Assembly (NCBI GenBank): GCA_030390025.1
Contig: JASTWF010000340.1
Span: forward strand, 1 to 64,000
Source of the DNA: Squalus acanthias
Lineage: Eukaryota
Direction of reading: 5' to 3'
DNA length: 64,000 nt
In this document: positions 44,795 through 59,391 of the stretch, one piece after another
How the letters are laid out: every line of letters starts with the position of its first letter
Position numbering within the stretch: position 1 is the stretch's first letter
The notes under the pieces: generated by a model
What the model saw: the letters and a program-made list of their open reading frames with translations, nothing else
What the model was told of the DNA's origin: nothing
Database searches by the model: none
Program-made: the position numbers and the translations under genes

Positions 44795-47700
44795 GAGAAA
44801 CATAAGAAATAGGAGCAGGAATAGGACACTTGGCCGCTCGAGCCTGCTCCGCCGTTCAATAATATCATGGCTGATCTTGGGCTCAAAGCCACTTCCCAGC
44901 CCGCTCCCCATAACCCTTCACTCCCTTATCTTGCAATAATTTGTCTGTCTTCACTTTAAATGTATTTAGTGACCCAGCCTCCACAGCTCTCTTGGGCAGA
45001 GAATTGCACAGATTTACGAGCCTCTGAGAGAAGAAATTCCTCCTCATCTCAGTTCTAAATGGGCGACCTTTTATTCTGAGACTGTGCCCCCGAGTTCCAG
45101 GTTTCCCCATGAGGGGAAACATCCTCTCTGCATCTAACCTGTCGAGCCCCTCAGTATAATATATGTTTCAATAATATCACATCTCATTCTTCTAAATTCC
45201 AATCAGTATAGGGCCAGCCTGCTCAACCTTTCCTCATAAGTCAACCCCCTCATCTCTGGAATTAACCTAGTGAATCGTCTCTGAACTGCCTCCAATGCAA
45301 GTATACCCTTCCTTGCATAAGGAGACCAAAACTGTGCGCAGTACTCAAGGTGTGGTCTCACCAATACCTTGTACAGTTGTAGCAGGACTTCCCTGCTTTT
45401 ATACTCCAACCCCCTTGAAATAAAGGCCAACATTCCATTTGCCTTTTTGATTACCTGCTCTAGCTGCATGCTAACTTTTTGTGTTTCATGCACAAGCAAC
45501 CCCAGGTCCCTCTGAACTGTAGCATTTTGTAAACTCTCTCCATTTAAATAATAGTTTATTTTTTTATTTTTCCTGCCAAAGTGGATAACCTCGCACTTTC
45601 CCACATTATACTCCATCTGCCAAATGTTTGCCCACTCACCTAGCCTGTCTATATCCCTTTGCAGATTCATTGAGTCCTCTGCACAACTTGTTTTTCCACT
45701 CATCTTTGTATCATCCGCAAACTTGGCTACATTACACTCGATCCCTTCATCCAAGACATTAATGTAGATTATAAATAGTTGGGGCCCCAGCACCGATCCT
45801 TGTGGCACCCCACTAGTTACCGTTTGCCAACCAGAAAATTACCCATTTATCCCGAATCTCTGCTTTTTGTTAGTTAGCCAATTCTCTATCCATGCTCATA
45901 TATTACCCCCAACTCCGTGAGTTATTTTCTTTTGCAGTAGCCTTTTATGTGGCACCTTATCGAATGCCTTCTGGAAATCCAAATACTGGTTCACCCTTGT
46001 CCACCCTGCGTGTTACATCCTCAAAGAACTCTAGCAACTTTGACTGCAGTATATTTTTCTAAATGCCCTGCTACTGCTTCCTTAATGAAGAACTCCAGCA
46101 TTTTACCAACGACAGATGTTAGGCTAACTGGTCTATAGATTCCTGCTTTCTTTCTCCCTACTTTCTTAAATAGCGGTGTTACATTAGCGGTTTTCCAATC
46201 CGCTGGGACCTCTCCAGAGTCCAGGGAATTTTGGGATATTGCAACCAATGCATCCAGTATCTCTGCAGCCACTTCTTTTAAGACACTGGGATGCATACCA
46301 TCTGTTCCAGGGGACTTGTCGTCTTTTAGTCCCATTATTTTACCGAGTACTGTTTCCTTAGTGATAGTGATTGTCCTTAGTTCTCCACTCCCTTTGGCCC
46401 CTTGATTATCCATTATTGGGATGTTGTGAGTGTCTTCTAAAGTGAAGAGCGATGCAAAATATTTGTTCAGAGTCTCTGCCATTTCCCCGTTCCCCATTAT
46501 TAATTCCCAAGTCTCATCCTCTAAGGGAACAACGTTTACTTTAGCTACCCTCTTCCTTTTTATATACCTGTAGAAGCTCTTACAATCTGTTTTAATGTTT
46601 CTTGCCAGCTTACTCTCATAATTCATCTTCTCTCTATTTATTACTTTTTTAGTCATCCTTTGTTGGTTTTTAAAATTTTCCCAATCCTCTGGTCTCCCAC
46701 CAATCTTGGCAACATTTTATGCCTTCGTTTTCAATTTGATGCCATCCTTTACTTCCTTAGTTTGCCACGAATGCTGCTCCCTTCTCTTAAAATCTTTCTT
46801 TATCAGTGGAATATATTTTTGTTGAGAGTTATGAAATATCTCCTTAAATGTCCGCCACTGCATTTCAACCTTCTTACCCTTTAATTTGTTTGTCCAGTCC
46901 ACTTTAGCCAGTTCTGCCCTCATGCCATTATAATTGCCTTTGTTTAAGATCAGGACACTGGTTTGGTATACAACTTTCTCACCCTCCAACTGAATTTGAA
47001 ATTCAACCATGCTATGATCACTCTTTCCTAGAGGATCCTTTACTATGAGATCATTTATTAATTCTGTCTCATTACATAGTACCAGATCCAAGATAGCCTG
47101 CTCCCTGGTTGGTTCCATTACATACTGTTCTCGGAAAACATCCCGGATACACTCTATGAACTCCTCCTCCAGGCTTCCATGGCCAATTTGATTTGTCCAA
47201 TCAATATGGAGATTAAAATCACTCATGATTATTACTGGACCATTTTTACAGGCCTCCATTATTTGTAGATTAATACTCTGTCCAACAGCATTGCTACTGT
47301 TCGGGGGCCTGTAGACTACGCCCACCAGAGACATTTTCTCCTTAATTTTTTTATCTTCACCCAAACCGATTCTACATCTTGATCTTCTGAGCCAATATCA
47401 CTTCTCACCACTGCACTGATCCCATCGTTTAACAACAAAGCCACCCAACCTCCCTTCCGTTTCTTTCTATCCTTCCGAATTATCATATACCCTGGAATAT
47501 TCAGTTCCCAGCCCTGGTCGCCTTGCAACCAAGTCTCTGCAATGGCGATCAGATCATACCCATTTGTATCTATTTGTGCCGTCAACTCATTTAACTTGTT
47601 ACGAATGCTGCGTGCATTCAGATATAGAGCTTTTAACTTTGTTTTTTCATCATTTTTCATTGTTTTGACCTTTTTTATGTTACACTCTTATTTTTAAACA

Positions 47701-49080
47701 TTCTGTCCCTTCCTGTCATATTCTGGTTATTATGTTCCCCCATCTCTAGCCTGCTCTATTGCTTTCTCATTTCTCATTGACTTTTAATTTTCCCACTCAC
47801 CTGGGTCCTCCCACCGACTATTTAGTTTAAAGCCCACTCTACAGCCCCAGTTATTCGATTTGCCAGGACTCTAGCCCCAGCATGGTTCAAGAGAAGCCCG
47901 TCCAAACGGAAGAGCTCCCTCTTATCCCAGTACTGATGCCAGTGCCCAACAAATCGAAACCCATTTCTCCCACACCAGTCTTTGAGCCACTCGTTCATTT
48001 CTCTGATCTTATTTACCCTGTGCAAATTCGCTCGTGGTTCAGGTAGTAATCCAGAGATTATTACCTTTGTGGTTCTGCTTTATAATTTAGCCCCTAGCTG
48101 CTCATACTCTCTCAGCTGAAACTCTTTCTTTGTCCTACCTATGTCATTGGTACCTAAGTGGACATTGACAACTGGATCTTCTCCCTCCCGCTCCAAGTTT
48201 CTCTCCAGCCCAGAGGAGATGTCCTTAACCCTGGCACCGGGCAGGCAACCCCGCCTTCAGGACTCAGGCTCATGGCTGCAGAGAACAGTATCTATCCCCC
48301 TCACTATACTGTCCCCAATCACTACAATACTTCTTTTTGATCCCCCCACTTGAATGGCTCCCTCTACCACGGTGCTGTGGTCAGTTTGCTCATTCTCCCT
48401 GCCATCCCTGGCCTCATCCACACAGGGAGCAAGAATCTCGTACCTGTTGGACAAGGCCAAGGGCTGAGGCTCCTCCACCACTTCATCCTGGAACCCAATA
48501 CCTGCCTCGCTTGTAGTCACACCCTCCTGTCCCTGACCATGGGCCAAATTGGAAGTAATTATTCTAGTTGGTGTGACTGCCTCCAGGAACATAGTGTCCA
48601 GGTAATGCTCCCCCTCCCTGATGTGTCGCAGTGTCTGAAGCTCGGACTCCAGCTCATCAACTCTGAGCCGAAGTTCATCGAGCATCCTGCATTTGCTGCA
48701 GATGTGATCGCCCTGGATCTCAATGGTGTCCACGAGCTCCCACATGCACCAACAACAACACATTGCCTGGTCCCCCATCTCAATTAATTAATTATTTTAA
48801 AAATTTGGAACGCTTATATATTTTAAGCTGCACCAAGTCATTTAAATTTAGACGCTCAAGTATGGGGAAAAAGCGAGAAATAGAGAAATACTCACCAACC
48901 AATCACTTACCTGCTTTCTGGTGATGTCACACTTCGATTACTTTTTACTTGTTTACACTCACCGGTCCGTTGTATCTCAGCGTCTCCCGGGTTTTGGCGC
49001 TCTCGCTCTGTTTCCGGGGTTTGAACTCTCCCGGGTTTTGGCGCTCTCGCTCTGCTGTCGCTGCTTTTGAACTCTCCCGT
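44795..49080 (-). mobile_element. Near full-length degenerate CR1 (different subfamily)
   Basis: ORF1 pieces 48257-48778 (CCCWC..CSKC, IGDSIVRG) and 47822-48025; ORF2 pieces 47316-47660, 46717-47364, 46021-46656, 45203-45808, 44883-45122; tail at 44795-44810. Confidence 0.93.
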
Positions 49081-50850
49081 GCCACAGGGGTATAGTATAC
49101 AGGGGGTATCACGTGTTTATACGATACAGGGGTTTCACACAGCGGTACAGTATACAGGGGATGTCACAGGGGTCTAGTATACAGGGGTGGTGTCACAGGG
49201 GTAAAGTATAGAGGGGGAGTGTCACTGGGGTATAGTATACCGGGTGTGTCACAGGGTGTAGTACACAGGGGGTGTCACAGGGTTATAGTATACAGGGGAG
49301 TGTCTCTGGGGTATAGTATACAGGGGTACGTGTCACGGGTATAGTATACAGGGGGTGTCACAGAGTGTAGTATACAGAGGGTTGCCACAGGGTTATAGTA
49401 TACAAGGGAGTGTCACAGGACTATATTATACTGGGGTGTGTCACGGGTATAGTTTACAGGGGGGTGTCACAGGTATTGTATACAGGGGATGTCACGGGTA
49501 TATTATACAGGGGATGTCACGGCTATAGTAAACAGGGGTGTGTCACAGGGGTGTTGTATACAGGGTGTGTCACTGGTATAGTATACAGGGGAGTGGCACG
49601 GGTATAGTATACAGAGGGGTGCCACAGGGGTATAGTATACAGGGGTGTGTGTTACAGGCGAATAGTGTACGGGGGGTGTCACGGGTATAGTATTAATTGG
49701 GATTGTCATGGTTATAGTGTACAAGGGGTTGTCATGGGGTGTAGTATACAGGGGGTTGTCACACGGTTATAGTATACAGGGGGGTGTCACAGGGGTATAG
49801 TATACAGGGGGGTGTCACAGGGTTATAGTATACAGGGGAGTGTCACAGGGGTATAGTACACAGGGGGGTGTCACAGGGTTATTGTATACAAGGGGGTGTC
49901 ACGGGGTATAGTATGCAGGGGGTTGTCACAGGGTTATAGTATAGAGGGTGTGTCACAGGGGCATAGTATAAAGGGGGGTGTCACTGGTTATAGTATACAG
50001 GGGGTGTCATGGGTATAGTATACAGGGGGGATGTCATGAGTATAGTATACAGGGGAGTGTCACGGGTGTAATATACATGGGTGGTTTCACAGGGCTACAG
50101 TATACAGGGGTTGTCACGGGTATAGTATTCAGGGGGGTTTCACAGGTAAAATATACAGGGGGGTGTCACTGGGGTATAGTATACAGGGGGTGGTGTCACA
50201 AGGGTATAGAGTACAGGGTGTGTCACGGGGGTATAGTATCCAGGGGATTGTCACGGGTATAGTATACTGGGGGTGTCACAGGTATAATATAGAAGTGGTG
50301 TCAGATGGGTATAGTATATGGGGGAGTGTCACTGGGGTATAGTATACGGGGGGTGTCACGGGTATAGTATACAGGGGGTGTCACGGGTATAGTATACAGG
50401 GGGTGTCACGGGTATAGTATACAGTGAAGTGTCCCGGGTATAGTATATAGGGGGTGTCACAGGTCTAGTATACAGGAGAGTGTCACGGGTATAGTAAACG
50501 GCGTTACACGGATATAGTATACAGGGGGAGTGTCATTGGTATAGTATACAGTGGGGTGTCACGGGATATAGTATACAGGGGTGTATCACAGGGGTATAGT
50601 ATACAGGGGAGTGTCATGGTATAAGATACAGGGGGAGTGTCACGGGTATAGTATAGAGGTGGTGTCACGGGTATAGTAAACGGTGTGTCACGGGTATAAT
50701 ATACTGGGGGGAGTGTTACGGGTATAGTATACAGTGGGGTGTCACGGGTATAGTTTATAGGGGGTGTCAGAGGGTATAATTTAAAGGGGGTGTCACAGGG
50801 CTCTCTATACACAGTTATTATACAGGGGTGTGGAAGGGAGTATCACAGGG
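49081..50850. repeat. Diverged 25-30 bp minisatellite
   Basis: Core gggtgtcac(a)gggtatagtatacagg repeated throughout. Confidence 0.95.
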
Positions 50851-51049
50851 GCATTACACAGGTCGTCGTATAGGGAGGATATTTTACAGGGGAGATGGAG
50901 ATAAACTGGTTCATTAGAGACAGCGGAGGGGATGAATTAACAGGGGTGATAAAAACGGGCAGTTCAAGGGGATCGAGGAGTTAGAGATACAGATGGGGAG
51001 GAAAAACGGCAGGACGGGTGACAGCCGGGGGGGTGTTAAAAGGCGTTGT

Positions 51050-51952
51050 TGGAGTGGGTTACACTCACAGGCAGGTACAATACGGGTTAGAAACAGAGTA
51101 CAGCTGTCTTATACTGGCCCCATCAAACACTCCCAGGGCAGCCAGTACAGGGGTTGGTTACAGAGTAAAGCTCCCTCTACAATGTCCCATCAAACACTCC
51201 CAGGGCAGGTACAGCACGGGTTAGATACAGAGTAAATCTCCCTCTACACTGTCCCATCAAACACTCCCAGGGCAGGTAGAGCACGGGTTAGATACAGAGT
51301 AAAGGTCCCTCTACACTGTCTCATCAAACACTCCCAGTGCAGGTAGAGCACGGGGTTAGATACAGAGTAAAACTCCCTCTACACTCCCCCATCAAACATT
51401 CCCAGGGCAGGTCCAGCACGGGTTAGATACAGAGTAAAGCGCCCTCTGCACTGTTGCATCAAACACGCCCAGGGCAGGTACAGCGCGGGTTAGATACAGA
51501 GTAAATCTCCCTCTACACTGTCCCATCAAACACTCCCAGGGCAGGTAGAGCACGGGTTAGATACAGAGTAAAGGTCCCTCTACACTGTCTCATCAAACAC
51601 TCCCAGTGCAGGTAGAGCACGGGGTTAGATATAGAGTAAAGCACCCTCTACACTGTCCCATCAACATTCCCAGGGCAGGTACAGCACGGGTTAGATACAG
51701 AGTAAATCTCCCTCTACACTGTCCCATCAAACACTCCCAGGGCAGGTAGAGCACGGGTTAGATACAGAGTAAATCTCCCTCTACACTGTCCCATCAAACA
51801 CTCCCAGGGCAGGTACAGCGCGGGTTAGATACAGAGTAAATCTCCCTCTACACTGTCCCATCAAACACTCCCAGGGCAGGTACAGCACGGGTTAGATACA
51901 GAGTAAAGCTCCCTCTACACTCTCTCATCAAACACTCCCAGGGCAGGTACAG
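51050..51952 (+). repeat. 67-bp satellite array (also at about 27841-28010, 33020-33330, 41910-42115, 52435-52680)
   Basis: Unit cccatcaaacactcccagggcaggtacagcacgggttagatacagagtaaagctccctctacactgt; period checked 51186 to 51253. Confidence 0.96.
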
Positions 51953-51959
51953 GGCTTTG

Positions 51960-52432
51960 ATGATTTAATGGCCATCAATATAAGATAGGATGGGAATTAA
52001 ATACGTGGGGTTACGGGGGTAGGGTGGGATATGTGTACTGTGGGGATTAAAGCAGGGACAGGGTACTGGATTTGGATGATCAGCCATGATCGTATTGAAT
52101 GGTGGAGCAGGCTCGACGGGCCGAGTGGCCTACTCCTGCTCCTAGATTCTATGTTTCTATGTTTCTATAGTCACTAATAAATCCAACAAAGAATTCAGGA
52201 GAAACATCTTTACCCAGCGAGTGGTGAGAATGTGGAACTCGCTGCCACATGGAGTAGTTGAGGCGAATAACATCAATGCATTTTAGGGGAAGCTGGATAA
52301 GTACATGAGGGAGAAAGGAATAGAAGGATTGCGATGAAGTAGGGTGGGAGGAGGCTCGTGTGGAGCAGAACCACCGGCATGGACCTGTTGGGCTGAATGG
52401 TCTGTTTCTGTGCTATAAATACAATGTAATGT
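51960..52432 (+). mobile_element. Two adjacent CR1 3' ends from different families
   Basis: First ends cctagattctatgtttctatgtttctat (about 52168); second FRRNIFTQRVVRMWNSLP with tail ggctgaatggtctgtttctgtgctataaatacaatgt. Confidence 0.85.
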
Positions 52433-54317
52433 AATAGATTAAAGTTCCTTCTACACTGCCCCATCAAATACTCCAAGAGCAGGTACAGCATGGGTTAGAT
52501 ACAGGTTAAATCTACTTCTACACTGCCTCATCAAACATTTCCACGGCAGGTGCAGCACCTGTTAGGTATTGGGTAAATCTCCCTCTGCACTGAGCCATTA
52601 AATTCACCAAAGGCAAGTACATCACGAGTAAAGCTCCCGCTACCCAATCCCACCAAATACACCCAGGGCAGGTAGAACACAGACCTTCCCTTTTGTTCTT
52701 TCCTCCCATCCCCCACTTTCCCTGCCTCTATACATGCTTAAAATCTGTTACAAATGTAACATTTTCCAGTTCTGATGAAAGGTCATCGAGCTGAAACATT
52801 GACTCTGTTTCTCTCTCCACAGATGCTGCCTGACCTGCTGAGCAATGTTCCCTGGAAGGTTCTTGGCCGCGCGGCTATCTGTAAGATCCTGAGCACTTAA
52901 ATTCATAGTTCGCACAGTGAGCTGCAGCGGGCGGAGGGGCCCAATACCCAAACACCCGGGATGCAAAGTAAAGCTCCGTCTGCATTGTCCCATCAAACAT
53001 TCCCCGGGCAATAACAGCACGGGTTATATAAAGATTAAAGCTCTCTGCACTGTCCCAATCAAATGCTCCCAGGGCAAGTACAGCACTGATCCCAACTCAT
53101 CGCCAGGGCTGGTGAGAGAAACCTCGCCGCCTTCTTAGCAAGTTTAACCATGTTATTCACTTTCTGATTTGAACTCCGTTTGGAATTATACTTTATTTTA
53201 TTTTTGTTGTTGTATGTTTAACGACAGCATTGAAGGGGGAAATAGAAACTTGGAGCAACTTCTTCTGTCAAAGCTGCAACGAGACTTGAAAGAATTTAAA
53301 GATTTTTAATGAACTTTTCACAATAAATTAGCGTTAAATACATTCCCCCCCCCCCTAAGTTTTGAATATGATTTTGCAAGAAAGAGAAGCAAAAATCAAT
53401 TTCCTCCTCAGCTAAACAAGTATCAACCAGGTCTTGAAGTCCAAACGTTTTTAAAGAGGTTCTGAAATGCTTAAAATGTTTTAAAATTGAATTTTCTCAA
53501 CTTTTGATTGTGAGCGATCAAGTGAAGTGAGTAGCTTTACACAAACAGGCAACCATGGTGCTGAGGAGGGGGAGGGCAGGGGAGGATTTGTAGGAGTTAC
53601 AAATTACTTTTAAATGAATTTTAAAAAGATATACCATTAAGACATAGAGGAAGAGAACGAAAAAAGGGAAAAATAAAAACCCTTTTATTTTGCCTGTCGT
53701 TCTATAGTCCAAACAAGTCACAGGAATAATGTAAAGATAGATTGCATCTTATACATTTAGGGAATTGTTAACAGAAACAAGAGATATGTAATGATGTAAA
53801 AAAATTGCAGGTAACTATTTTATTTGTTTATTGAAAAAGACACAGAAAACACTTTGATTAAACTGATAACGTACAATTCGATTGAATGTTTGATATAGGA
53901 GATTAAAAATTGTGAGTACAATGAAGTTTGTTCCCCGCTTTTAATTGTGAAGTACCTAAAATAATTCAACATTTTTCTTGATAAGAGCAGGAATAATATT
54001 GTGGAGAATGTCGGAGAGAAAAACACTAGGAGCGAAATTGGTAAATTATAACTCTTTACATCAACATATGAGTAAACATTTCCAAGTCAGTCTGACTGGT
54101 TCTCCTGTCCAGAAAGAAAGACAGCTGTTTATTTCTGTTAAATCACAGTTTTTCCTGCTTTTTGTTTATAATTCAGTGACACAAATTGTGTATGTGTTTT
54201 TCTGCACTTTTGAATAAGTGCTGCATTTCTGACCTGTTACATGGGTGATGTGTTGGTTCAAGAAAACCGCGTTTCTTCATGGAAGTTATTGAAGTTGAAA
54301 ATACGGATACACATTTT

Positions 54318-54432
54318 AGAACATAGAACATAGAACATAGAACATAGAACAGTACAGCACAGTACAGGCCCTTCGGCCCTCGATGTTGTGCCGAGCATTT
54401 TCCGAGACCAAGATCAAGCTATCACACTCCCT
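54318..54432 (-). mobile_element. Short CR1-type 3' tail insertion with 5-bp target duplication atttt
   Basis: (agaacat)n tail; the empty site ggatacacattttgttcag is present in the inverted paralog at about 25578-25596. Confidence 0.85.
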
Positions 54433-54544
54433 ATTTTGTTCAGTGCTTTTTAATACTGCGAATTAAAGAACTACAACACTTTATATTTATTGATTGTCTG
54501 GTTGCATTGTGATTAATGTTCTAATAACTTACGTGGACGTAATA

Positions 54545-55372
54545 TGTGGATGGAATATAATGCTGAGAAATGTGAAGTTATCCACTTTGCTTTTCTATTT
54601 TTCCCACGAGAGTATTTTTTAAATGGTGAGAGATTGGGAAATGTTGGTATTCAGAGGGACCTGGGTGTCCTTGTACACGAATCACTGAACGTTAACCTGC
54701 AGGTACAGCAAGCAATGAGGAAAGCAAATGGTATGTTGGCCGTCATTACAAGAGGATTTGAGTATAAAAGTAAAGACGTCTTATTGCAATTATATTGGGC
54801 CCTGGTGAGATACACTCCTGGAGTACTGTGTACATTGTTGGTCTCCTTACCTAAGGAAGGATATACTTGTCAAAAGGGAGTGCAAGGAAGGTTCACCAGA
54901 CTGGTTTCTGGGATGGGGGAATTGTCCTACGAGGAGAGTTTGAGCAGACGAAGCTTATATTCTCTAGAGCTTAGAAGAATGAGGTGTGATCTAATTGAAA
55001 CATGCAAAATGCTTACTATGCTTGACTGGTTAGATGCAGGGAGGATGTTTCCCCTAGCCTGGGAGTCTCGAACCAGGGGTCACAGTCTCAGAATATGGGG
55101 TCGGCCATTTAGGACTGAGATGAGGTGAAATTTCTTCATTCAGAGGGTGGTGAATCCTTGGAATTCTATAGCAGAGAGGGCTGTGGAGACGCAATCATTG
55201 AGTATATTCAAGACACAGATCGATAGGCTTTATAATATTGAGGGAATCAAGGGATATGGGGATAGTGCAGGAAAGTGGAGATGAGGTAGAAGAACAGCCA
55301 TGATCATATTGAATGGCGGAGCAGGCTCGAAGGGCCAAATGGCCGACTCCTGCTCCTATTTCTTATGTTCTT
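54545..55372 (+). mobile_element. CR1 3' fragment
   Basis: ORF 54544-55128 and tail cctgctcctatttcttatgttct. Confidence 0.92.
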
Positions 55373-55589
55373 AACGCGCCCTCAATACTGTCCCATCAAA
55401 TAACTCCAGGCAGGCGCACAAAAGAAAAATACTGTGGATGCTGGAAATCTGAAGTAAAAACAGAAAATGCTGGAAATACTCAGCAGGTCAGGCAGCATCT
55501 GTGGAGCGAGAAACAGAGTTAACGTTTCAGGTCGTTGACCTTTCATTGGAACAGGCAGGTACCCATGGATTAGATACAGAGTAATGGAC

Positions 55590-58230
55590 CACTCACCTCA
55601 CTTTAACATTCTGATATACCCCACACCATTCACTTTAACACTCTGGTATAGCTCACTACACTATGATATACCCACAACGCTCGCTGCAACACTCAGATAC
55701 ACTCCACTCTCTTTCATACCCCAAACCTCTCACAGTAACACACTGATATACCCCACACACCTCATTGTAACACTGAGATACTGAACACCCCTCACTGTAA
55801 CACGCTGATGATACACTCCACACCCCTCACTGTGACACACTGATATACCACACACCCCTCATTGTAACACTATGATATACCCCACACACCTCATTGTAAC
55901 ACACTGATATACCCCACACCCCTCACTGTAACACACTGATATACCCCACACCCCTCACTGCAACACGCTGATAAACCCCACACCCCTCACTATAACACTC
56001 TGATATGCTCCACACTCCTCACTGTAACACTCTGATGTACCCCACACCCATCACTATAATAATCTGATATACCCTACACCCCTCACTATAACACTCTGAT
56101 ATACCTCCCACACCTCGGTGCAACACGCTGATAAACCCCACACCCCTCACTGTAACTCTCTGATATACTCCATACCCCTCACTGTAACTCTGATATACCC
56201 CACACACCTCGCTGCAACACGCTGATATACCCCACACCCCTCACTGTAACTCTCTGATATACCCCACATCCCTCACTGTAACACTCCGATGTACCCCACA
56301 CAAATCACTATTATGATCTGATATACCCCACACCCCACACTATAACACTCTGATATACTCCACACTCCTGACTGTAACACTCTCTTACATACCCCCAGGA
56401 AGGCAAATGTTATGCTGGCCTTCATTACAAGAGGATTTGAGTACAGGAGTAAAGAAGTCTTACTCCCTTTATATAGGGCCTTGGAGAGACCACACCAGGA
56501 GTACTGTGTACAGTTTTGGTCTCCTTACCTAAGGAAGGATATATTTGCCATAGAGGGAGCGCAACGAAGGTTCACGAGATTGATTCCTGGGAAGGCGGAT
56601 CTGTCGTATGAGAAGATATTGAGAAAACTAGGCCTGTATTCTCTTGAATTCAGAAGAATGAGTGGGGATCTCATTGAAGCATACAAAATTATTACAGGGC
56701 TTGATAGGTTGGATGCTGGGAGAATGTTTCCCTTGGCTGGGGAGTGTAGAACCAGGGGCCACAGCTTCATGATAAAGGGTAGGCCATTCAGGACTGAGAT
56801 GAGAAGCATAGAAACGTAGAAACATGGAAGATAGGAGCAGGAGTAGGCAATTCGGCCCCTCGAGCCTGCTCCGCCATTCAATGCGATCATGGCTGATCAT
56901 CCAAATTCAGTACCCTGTCCCTGCTTTCTCCCCATATCCCTTGATCCCCTTAGACTTAAGAAATATATCTAACTCTAATAAAGACATTTCTTCACACAGA
57001 GTGTGGTGAATCTTTGGAATTCTCTACCCCAGAGGGCTTGGAGGCTCAGTCATTGGGAATATTCAAAACAGAAGTCAATAGATTTCTGCCTAGTAAGGGC
57101 ATCAAGGGATATCGAGATAAGGCCGGTGAAAGGAATTGAGGCAGAAATACAGCCATGGTCTCATTGAATCCGGAGCAGGCTCAAGGGTCGAATGGCCTAC
57201 TCCTGCTCCTATTTCTTACATTCTTATGTTCTTAAACCTCTCACTGTAACACACCGTTTTATCCCACACCCCTCACTGTAACACTCTCTGATATACTCCA
57301 TACCCCTCACTGTAACACTCTGATATACCCGACACCCCTCAATGTAACACAATGATATAAACCCGCACCCCTGACTGTAACACTCCGTTATACACCACAC
57401 CTCTCACTGTAACACTGTGATAATTAACCCAACACCGCTTATTGTATTACCCTGATGTACCCCACACCCCTCACTGTAGCACTTTGACGTAAACCCACTC
57501 CGCTGACTACAACACTCTGATATACCCCACACACCCCTCACTGTAAATATCGATGTACCCAACACCCCTCACTGGAACACGCTGATATAAACCCATGCCC
57601 CTGACTATAACACTCTGATATACCTCACACATCCCTTACTGTAACACACTGATACACCTCACACACCTCAGTGTAACACTCTGATATACCCCTTACTTTA
57701 ATCCTCTCTTACATATTCCAACCCTCTCACTGTAACAGACCAATATACCCCACTCACCTCACTTTAACACTCTGATATAAACCCACGCCCCTGACTATAA
57801 CACTCTGCTATACCCCACACAGCCCTTACTGTAACACGCGGGTATACCTCACACACCTCACTGTAGCACTCTGATATACCCCTTACTTTAATCCTCTCTT
57901 ACATATTCCAAACCTCTCACTGTAACAGAACGATATACCCCACTCACCTCACTTTAACACACTGGTATATACCACACCCCTAGCTGTTAAAATGTGATTT
58001 AGCCATCACCTCTCACTGTAATACACTGAGATATCCCACACCCTTCACATTAACACAATGATATACCCCACATGACTCACTGTAACTCTGAAATACCCCA
58101 CACACCTCACTGCAACACGCTGATAAACCCCACACCCCTCACTGTAACACTCTGATATACACCAACCCCCTCACTGTAACACTCTGATAAACCCCTCAAT
58201 GTAATTCTCTCTTACATACTGATACACCGC
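55590..58230. repeat. 31-33 bp minisatellite interrupted by CR1
   Basis: Core taccccacacccctcactgtaacactctgata on both sides of 56397-57233. Confidence 0.93.
56397..57233 (+). mobile_element. CR1 3' fragment with a nested antisense CR1 tail (about 56806-56975)
   Basis: ORF 56412-56819 breaks at RTEMR and resumes at agacatttcttcacacaga (about 56982). Confidence 0.9.
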
Positions 58231-58667
58231 AAGCCACTCACTGTTGTCACTGCCACTTTAATCCCATGGGCTTCAATTTTGTTAATATGTGATCCTATAT
58301 CAAGCACCTTTTGTAATGATTGGGAAATTGGGACAGTGCGAGTAGGATCAATCATAAAATGATACAATTGGAGATCCAAGTGGTTTGATAATTTGTTTAG
58401 CGTACTTGACGCCCCGCTCTGATCACAGGCCTCGTCTGGTTTCAATCAATAAATTAAAAATCATTGATTTTAATCCTATTTTATTATTTCTATGTATTTG
58501 TTATCAGGCTAGGGGTGACGCTGTCAAGGATGGTATCACTTGCCCATCCCAAGTTACCCATGAGAAAATGATGGGCCTTCATCTTGAGCCGCTGCAGTCC
58601 GTGTGGTGAAGGTGCTCCCACAAGCTTTTGACCTAGTGACGATGAAAGAACGTCGATATATTTGAAG

Positions 58668-59083
58668 GGTACGGTAGCATAGTGGTTATGTTGCTGGACT
58701 AGTTAAACCAGATGACTGGACAAATGATCCAGAGACATGTGTTCAAAGGCTGGCGGAATTTAAATTCAATTAATTAAACATATCTGGAATAAAAAGCTTG
58801 TGTCAATAATGGTGACCATGAAAGTAGCGGATTGTCGTAAAAACCCACCTGGTTCACTAATGGCCTTTCGGGAAGGAAATCTGCCGCCCTTACCCGGTCT
58901 GGCTGAAATGTGACTCCAGACCCACTTCAATGTGGTTGACTCTTAACTGGCCTATGAAATGGCCCAGCAAGACAGTCGCTTGTGTCAGGCGGCTCACCAT
59001 CACCTTCTCTAGGGAAATTAGGGATGGGCAATAAAGGCTGGCCTTGTCAGCGGTGCTCACATCCTAAGAATTAGTTATAAAAA
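58668..59083 (+). mobile_element. tRNA-derived SINE with LINE-derived tail
   Basis: A-box-like tagcatagtgg, B-box-like gttcaaa, central ggttcactaatggcctttcgggaaggaaatctgcc domain, tail matching 2018-2110. Confidence 0.75.
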
Positions 59084-59391
59084 TGATTTATTTATTGTCA
59101 TAATGATTGAAAAAGCATCATAATGTTTTATTAATGTTCATAATGATTTATAAAGGATTATAAAAGATCTGTAAAGTGCTGTAATGATTTTAAAGTGTTA
59201 TAATGACTAATAAAGTCCTGGTGCCCGGCCATCTCCTCCCCGGGCTGGGCTGCTCGGTGTCCTGTGGGCCGTGCCGGGCCAGGCTGCTCCGCCTCGCCGC
59301 CCGCTCTCACAGTAACCGGGACTCCAACTGCTCCCGCCATCCAGATACTCGCCTCTCGCCGCCAGGGAAAGACACCAAGTGACTGCAGCAA

